Assembly (NCBI GenBank): GCA_038087875.1
Contig: CM075989.1
Location: forward strand, 8,062,001-8,126,000
DNA: 64,000 bases
Direction: 5' to 3'
Source: Malacoraja senta
Lineage: Eukaryota
Below, one piece after another: positions 58,480 through 64,000 of the stretch. The position numbers were made by a program, and so were the translations under genes. Position 1 is the first letter of the stretch, and every line of letters begins with the position of its first letter. Below the pieces are notes generated by a model that was not told where the DNA came from, searched no databases, and was given only the letters and a program-made list of their open reading frames with translations.

Positions 58480-61299
58480 TAAATCCTAGTTACACATCGA
58501 TTTTGGCTCTAGTTTTATTGCACCATGACTATAATCGGTTGTTGACCCTTTGAGCCTTGCTGCACTTTGACCTTTGTTTCACAGTTGAGGTTCTCTCAAT
58601 CTCCCACCGCCATTACAGTGGGGTCCTTGGACTGACGATGCAGGAGATTGACGGAATCGCAGCTGAAACGGTTAAGCAACTGTGACACGATTAACCCTAC
58701 GGTCTCAGGTCATCGCTGATTTATTTTTCCCCTTTGATGTTGATCTATTCTAACTGTAACTGTATTAGACCAGTCATGGGGTGATATGGATTTCCACCAG
58801 GGATTTGCCTGATTATCCTAAAATTGCCCATTTCTCTGAATGTTCGCCAATCATCTACATTAATTGCAACATGATATCTAGCAAACCCTTTTGGAAATTC
58901 TACCCTGTGTCCAGCAAATGAAAAGCCAGCTTCTTAATCCATGAGGCCACGCCACTCTTTCCTATTTCAACCAAGGCAACATCATTACCTTTCATCTCAA
59001 TTCTCAAAAGTTACTCTGAATCCAGCAATTTTAATCAATTTACTATTCAAAAACCAGTTCATTTTAAGATGATGTTCCTCAATGTGAAGATAGTACCTTC
59101 CACATTCTTACTCCTCATTCCACGAAGAGAATCCTCAGTTTTCATTTTATTTCATTTAAATAATTTAAAGATTGGTTTCAAACTCCCACATTTGTAATGT
59201 TGAGCCAATGGATTCATGGCAACATTGATACAGTGTCCATTCTTCTGACTGGTTGTGAGAGCATTACAAATTTATGAATATGAATCTTCTGATGGTGGCA
59301 ACATCCTATAGAATGGCTGATCGCTCCTCTCCAAGTGTAAAATCAAGGGGTGGCACAGCTGGTAGAACTGCTCCCTCACAACTCCAGAGACCCTGTTCAC
59401 TCCTGATCTCCGGCGCTGTCTGTGCAGAGTTTGCACGTCCTCCGTGTGGCCACGTGAGTTTGGCCCCATCTTTCAGTTTTATTCCTACATTCCCCAATAT
59501 GTGCAGCTTGGTAGATTGATTGCCCCCTGTAGATTAACCTCAGTGTGTGTATGAGTAGCATAATGTAGGAATAATGTGGAGAGAATAAAGTGGGATTAGT
59601 GTGGGAGTAATGTAAACGAGTGCTCGGTGGTCTGAACTCAGTGAGGCAAAGTGACTGTTTCTCTGACATGATCACCTGGCACTACTTCAATGCAGAGATA
59701 CAATGTTATTTTAAAGATCCTGGCCAATATTAATTTCTCAGCCAACATCGCTTGGACCATCTGCTCATATCACATTATTATGCCAAGGGGATTGCTGTGC
59801 ACAAATTAGCTACCAGGCTTCACTGACCAGAAAGGCTGTAGGTACATCCTCAACGTGGGGTGAAAGGTATAGTAGAATTCAAGTCTTCTTTTCCTCTTAC
59901 AACTATCAAGAGGCCTATGGATAGTTGTTTCTTGCTTAAGCTAAGGACATCAGTGAGCTGCAAGACTCTAGCTACCAATCTTATGGATGGCACCAGGAGG
60001 CTCTAGGATTGAAAGATGATCCTCTTGAGCTTCACTGCGAAATAACCAGGGAAGGTATCACAGAGGCATTTCAGAAATGGTGTACATTTTCTTTGAACAC
60101 GTTGAGTCATGAAGTCTATGGGCATGAAGCTGCTTGACTAACAGCCAAGAATGGGCTAATTAAAAATCCAACCACTTTTCCTGTTGGACAGCACGTGTCA
60201 GGAGCACGTCAGCTGGTCAATGGCGATGGTGTTGGGGTGGGGCAGTTTGAGGGGGGGATTCTCATGTGAGGAAAACCTCAGAGACATCACTAGAGAGTTG
60301 GGAACTTTGCAGCAGAACGCGTTGCATTGCCCAGTCTTCCCTTCTCTGAACAGACCATATCCTTATACCTCCATGAATTGGCGTCCTCTAAACAGACCAA
60401 GTTGAATTACCTTGTCCTCTCCTGTCCAAGAATGATGTGACCAGCACTTTGGGTCTTCCATTGGCATAAAGAGCGGGAGAAGACCTGTTTGAAAGGTACT
60501 TGTGACCATGTATGGTTAATACTTGCTTGCATTTCCCCCTGCACAGCATGAAGGTTTGGTATAATTGGGTTGTGTTTATAGTTTGGCTGCAGTTCATTTT
60601 TAACATTTGGAATATTCCACTATTGGGTATGGTTCATGTTAAACCTTTTTTATTTACTTTCACAACTTCAGGGTGATGCCGCAGAGAAATAGCTCAGGGC
60701 ACCGGATGATATTTATGCAGCACCAATCTCATAGTATTAGTATTAGATGGCCTCATACTTCGATGCACTCCTGTAAACAAGGCAGCAACACCAACATTAA
60801 GTTATATGTCACCTTTAAACATCCAATGATCACGCAAACGAAAATTAAATCAAAACACAGATGCTGGAAATCTGAAGTAAAACCAAAAATTGCTAGAAAC
60901 ACTCAGCGTGTAAGGTTTAGGTTTAGGTTTGTTGTTGTCATGTGTACCTGAGGTACAGTGAAAAGCTTTGTTTTGCATCTGTCCGAAAAGATCAGATATA
61001 CCATATATAAATACAATCAAGTCAAACTAAAGTATAATGGATAGAGCAAAGCGGAAGTTACAGAGTGCAGAATATTGTTCTCAGCATTGTAGCCCATCAT
61101 TTCCATTGGCAAAGTCCATTATGAGGCAGAGGTGAATTGGACAATGGCATGGCCATTCAGATGCCTGTGAACAATGGAGAAGAGGCTGCTTCTGAGTCCA
61201 GTGGCGCTCGCTTTCAATCTTCCGTGCCTTCTGGTGGATGGCATCCATGGAAAGGGAAACTTATAAGTATTTTGGATTTAATGTAGATTGGTTTGCTCA

Positions 61300-61890
61300 T
61301 ATGTTTGCAGATGGCAGCAAGATTGCTGAGGGTGTGGACTGTGATGCAGGCTGTCAAAGTATACAGCTGGATATAGATCAGCTACAGCAATAGGCGGAGA
61401 AATGGCAGATTTAATCCGAGCAGGTGTGAGGTGTTGCACTTTTGGGGGTTGAATGTAAGGGGAAAATATGCAATTTAGGCAAGACCCTTAAAGTATTGAT
61501 GTACAGAGGGATCTTGGAGTCAAGTCCATAACTCCCTGAAAGTGGCGACACAAGTAGATAGAATGATAAGGAATGCACATGGTATGCTTGCCTTCAATGG
61601 TTGGGGCATTGAGTATAGGAGTCAGGAAGTTAGCATGCAGTTTAATAGGACTTTGGTTTGGTCGCATTTGGAGTATCGCATGCAGTTCTGGTCGCATCAT
61701 TACAGGAAGGATATGATGGGTTTTAAAAGGAGGAGGTTTACCAGAATGATGCCTGGATTAGGCAGTATTAGCTATAGAGATAGGTTGAACAGATTGGGAT
61801 TATTTTTACTGGAATGCCAAGGGTTGCAGGGAGACCTGACAGAAGTGTATAAAATTATGAGAGGCATAGATAGGGTAGACAGTCAGAATC
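61300..61890 (+). mobile_element. CR1/HER1-type LINE ORF2 fragment (end of RT and C-terminus)
   Basis: MFADGSKI (degenerate FADDTK) and TQVDRMIRNAHGMLAF...HLEYRMQFWS...DLTEVYKIMRGIDRVD. Confidence 0.85.
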
Positions 61891-61959
61891 TTCAACTACT
61901 GGACGGTGAAGCTGATAAAGTTGTAGTTTGCCGTGCTCCAATTTAGTATTTCCCACAAG

Positions 61960-62690
61960 CACCAGCCTTCGCTCTGTTCAAAACAATCTTAAAACTTATG
62001 CAGTTGTGATCACTATTCCCAAAATGTACTCCCACTGAAGCACAGGTCGCCTGGCCAGGCTCATTTCTCAACACAAGTCCTTTCTCGTGTTAGACTATCC
62101 ACATACTGTTTCAAGAATCCTTTTTGGATAGATCTCACAAATTCTACCCCGTCCAAGCCTTCGGCACTGAGCAAGTCCCAGTCAACCTTGAGAAAGTTTG
62201 TCACCCACGAAGACAAACCTGTTGCTTTGGCATCTTATGTTAATGTGTCTACATTTCCATTCTTCTATTTCCCATTTACTACTGGGGGGCCTCTAGTAAA
62301 TCCCATTAGAGTGCTTGCACCTCTCTTATTTCTAAGCTCTACCATTGTGACAGTCTCCCTGATTAGTAGTGCAAATCCTCCACCTCTTTTGCCTCCCTCT
62401 CAATTACATCCGAAATATCAAAACCGTGGACCATTGAGCTGCCAGTGGAGTCCCTCTCGAAACCACGTTCTTCAATGGCCTCCACACCACAGTCCCAAGC
62501 ACTGATCCAGGCACTAAGTTCATCTGCCTTCTTCATAATACTCCTTGCATTGAAATAAATACACTTCAACCCATCAGCGTTACGATATTCCTTCACCTCT
62601 CCCTGCCTATCCTTCCTTTACTGGTCCTAACCTTTACCTTCTCATCACTCCTTCCAATTTCTGGCCTACTACTCCAGTTCCCACCTTTCT
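61960..62690 (-). mobile_element. CR1-type LINE fragment covering the start of the APE endonuclease domain
   Basis: GLKCIYFNARSIMKKADELSAWI is the typical CR1 ORF2 start. Confidence 0.75.
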
Positions 62691-62710
62691 GCTAACATTA
62701 ACTCTGACAG

Positions 62711-62824
62711 TGACGAGTACTAATGTATGTGGTTGTAATGTAATGTACTTCTAATAAATAAAAAATTAAAAAAAAAAATTAAAAAAAAAATAAATAAATA
62801 AAATTAAAAATAAAATTAAAAAAA
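62711..62824 (+). mobile_element. Extremely 5'-truncated poly(A) retro-insertion with 17-bp target-site duplication
   Basis: AACATTAACTCTGACAG occurs at 62694-62710 and 62825-62841, enclosing about 40 nt of unique sequence, AATAAA and an A-rich tail. Confidence 0.88.
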
Positions 62825-62908
62825 AACATTAACTCTGACAGGCTGAGTGCTTCCAATATTTGCTGATTTTATTCAAAGGTCACGTAAAATTCCTGCTTCA
62901 ATCCTTCT

Positions 62909-63210
62909 GGGGCGGCACGGTAGAGTAGCGGTAGAGTTGCTGCCTTACAGCACTAGAGACCCTGGTTCGATCCTGACTCTGGGTGCTGTCAGTACGGACT
63001 TTGTACGTTCTTCCCGTGACAGCGTGTGTTTTCCCCAATTGCTCCGGTTGCCTCCCACATTCCAAAGACGTACAGATTTGTAGGTTAATTGGCTTCAGTA
63101 AAAATCGTTAATTGTCCCTAGTGTGTGTAGGATAGTGCTAGTGTGCGGGGATCGCTGGTCAGCGCAGACCCGGTGGGCCGATAGGCCTGTTTCCTGCACT
63201 GTACTGTGTC
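62909..63210 (+). mobile_element. Full-length V-SINE (HE1-like)
   Basis: ggggcggcacggt head, ggttcgatcc B-box, body and tail. Confidence 0.88.
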
Positions 63211-64000
63211 TCCAGACTCCTGCACCCAGAGTGTGTTTTTTATTGTTGATGTGTTGCCTGAAGTCGTCGCATATATCCTGTAAGCTGGCAATATATCCCG
63301 TATATCCTGGCATATATCCTGTAAGCTGGCTATGTGGCACAGTATTCTTGCAAACAAAAAGAGTTGTGACAAGAGGGATTTTCTTTCTGTTGAGGCCGGA
63401 AAAGTAGCCAGGATTTGCGATCTGCTGTTATCCCCTAACGTGGCCAAGTGAATGGACATTAGACTATGGTGCCTTCTGTGACTGTCTAGCTTGCATTATA
63501 CCAGCACACAGCTGGTTGTCAACTTCATCCACCAAGTGCTGGTGCCTGGGGAAATGCAACACAGATAGCTGTTAAAATTTATAGATGTTTTTAATGGCGC
63601 GATTCAAAGTCTCCCAGACAACAATCAAGGCTTCAATCTCGATTGTTGTTGCCAAGGGAGTGGTAATTGTGAGTTTACTGTAGCTAATGTTCAAGATGAT
63701 TTATATTAATTTAATGCTGGAGTATTTGTCTTTGAACTGAATCCCACTGTGATTAGCGTAAATATAAGCACACTTATAACAGCGTAGAAATGTTACAGCA
63801 CAAAAGATGGACATTCGGCCCATTGACCCTGTACCATCTCCTGGTAGACTAGGTGGGTCAGTACCATTCCCTCTCTCTTTCTCCAAATTATTCACAACCC
63901 TGCTTGATCTTCCTCAACATACTTTACCTGACCCCCCCCATTCACAGATGTCCTCTATTCCTCGTGTGTCTATCCCATTACTAAAGCATCTGCAGGAAAT

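Noticed and set aside
60184..60405. ORF containing PYPY as a candidate PAQR exon 5
   Set aside because: It lacks the expected LAFxYPYxxDxxPxFYR context and suitable splice phases; exon 5 is probably beyond the window.
63268..63331. Short direct repeat gcatatatcctgtaagctggc
   Set aside because: A simple local tandem duplication with no further structure.

Overview
Eukaryotic, repeat-dense genomic DNA. The repeat repertoire (HE1-type V-SINEs, CR1/HER1 LINEs, Penelope-like elements) points to a cartilaginous fish, probably a skate or ray (inference). There is one 200-N assembly gap at 989-1188. Two protein-coding genes are partly present and diverge from each other. On the minus strand is the first coding exon of an AEN-like gene (ATG at 334, ORF runs off the left edge, absent from the ORF track). 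On the plus strand are the first four coding exons of a membrane progestin receptor of the PAQR5/6 group, most like PAQR5 (33455-33505, 41564-41690, 56276-56481, 57447-57573); the later exons were not found in the window. Most of the rest is transposon-derived: a Tc1 DD34E fragment, L2, CR1 and Rex/Babar LINE ends, many tRNA-derived SINEs, a Helitron 3' end, a Penelope-like element (RT plus GIY-YIG) with a 5' inversion, and a decayed tRNA-Lys(CTT). The four most notable observations are: (1) many short Penelope-derived repeats carrying a minimal hammerhead ribozyme core, often in inverted or tandem pairs; (2) eight CpG-rich MITEs that share one terminus but have different cores, most with a common central palindrome, and TWA flanks that often differ between the two ends; (3) a one-base splice-phase mismatch at the second coding exon of PAQR5 (assembly indel or real lesion); (4) a young poly(A) insertion with a perfect 17-bp target-site duplication. 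Repeat boundaries were read by eye and are approximate, and family names come from recalled homology, not database searches.
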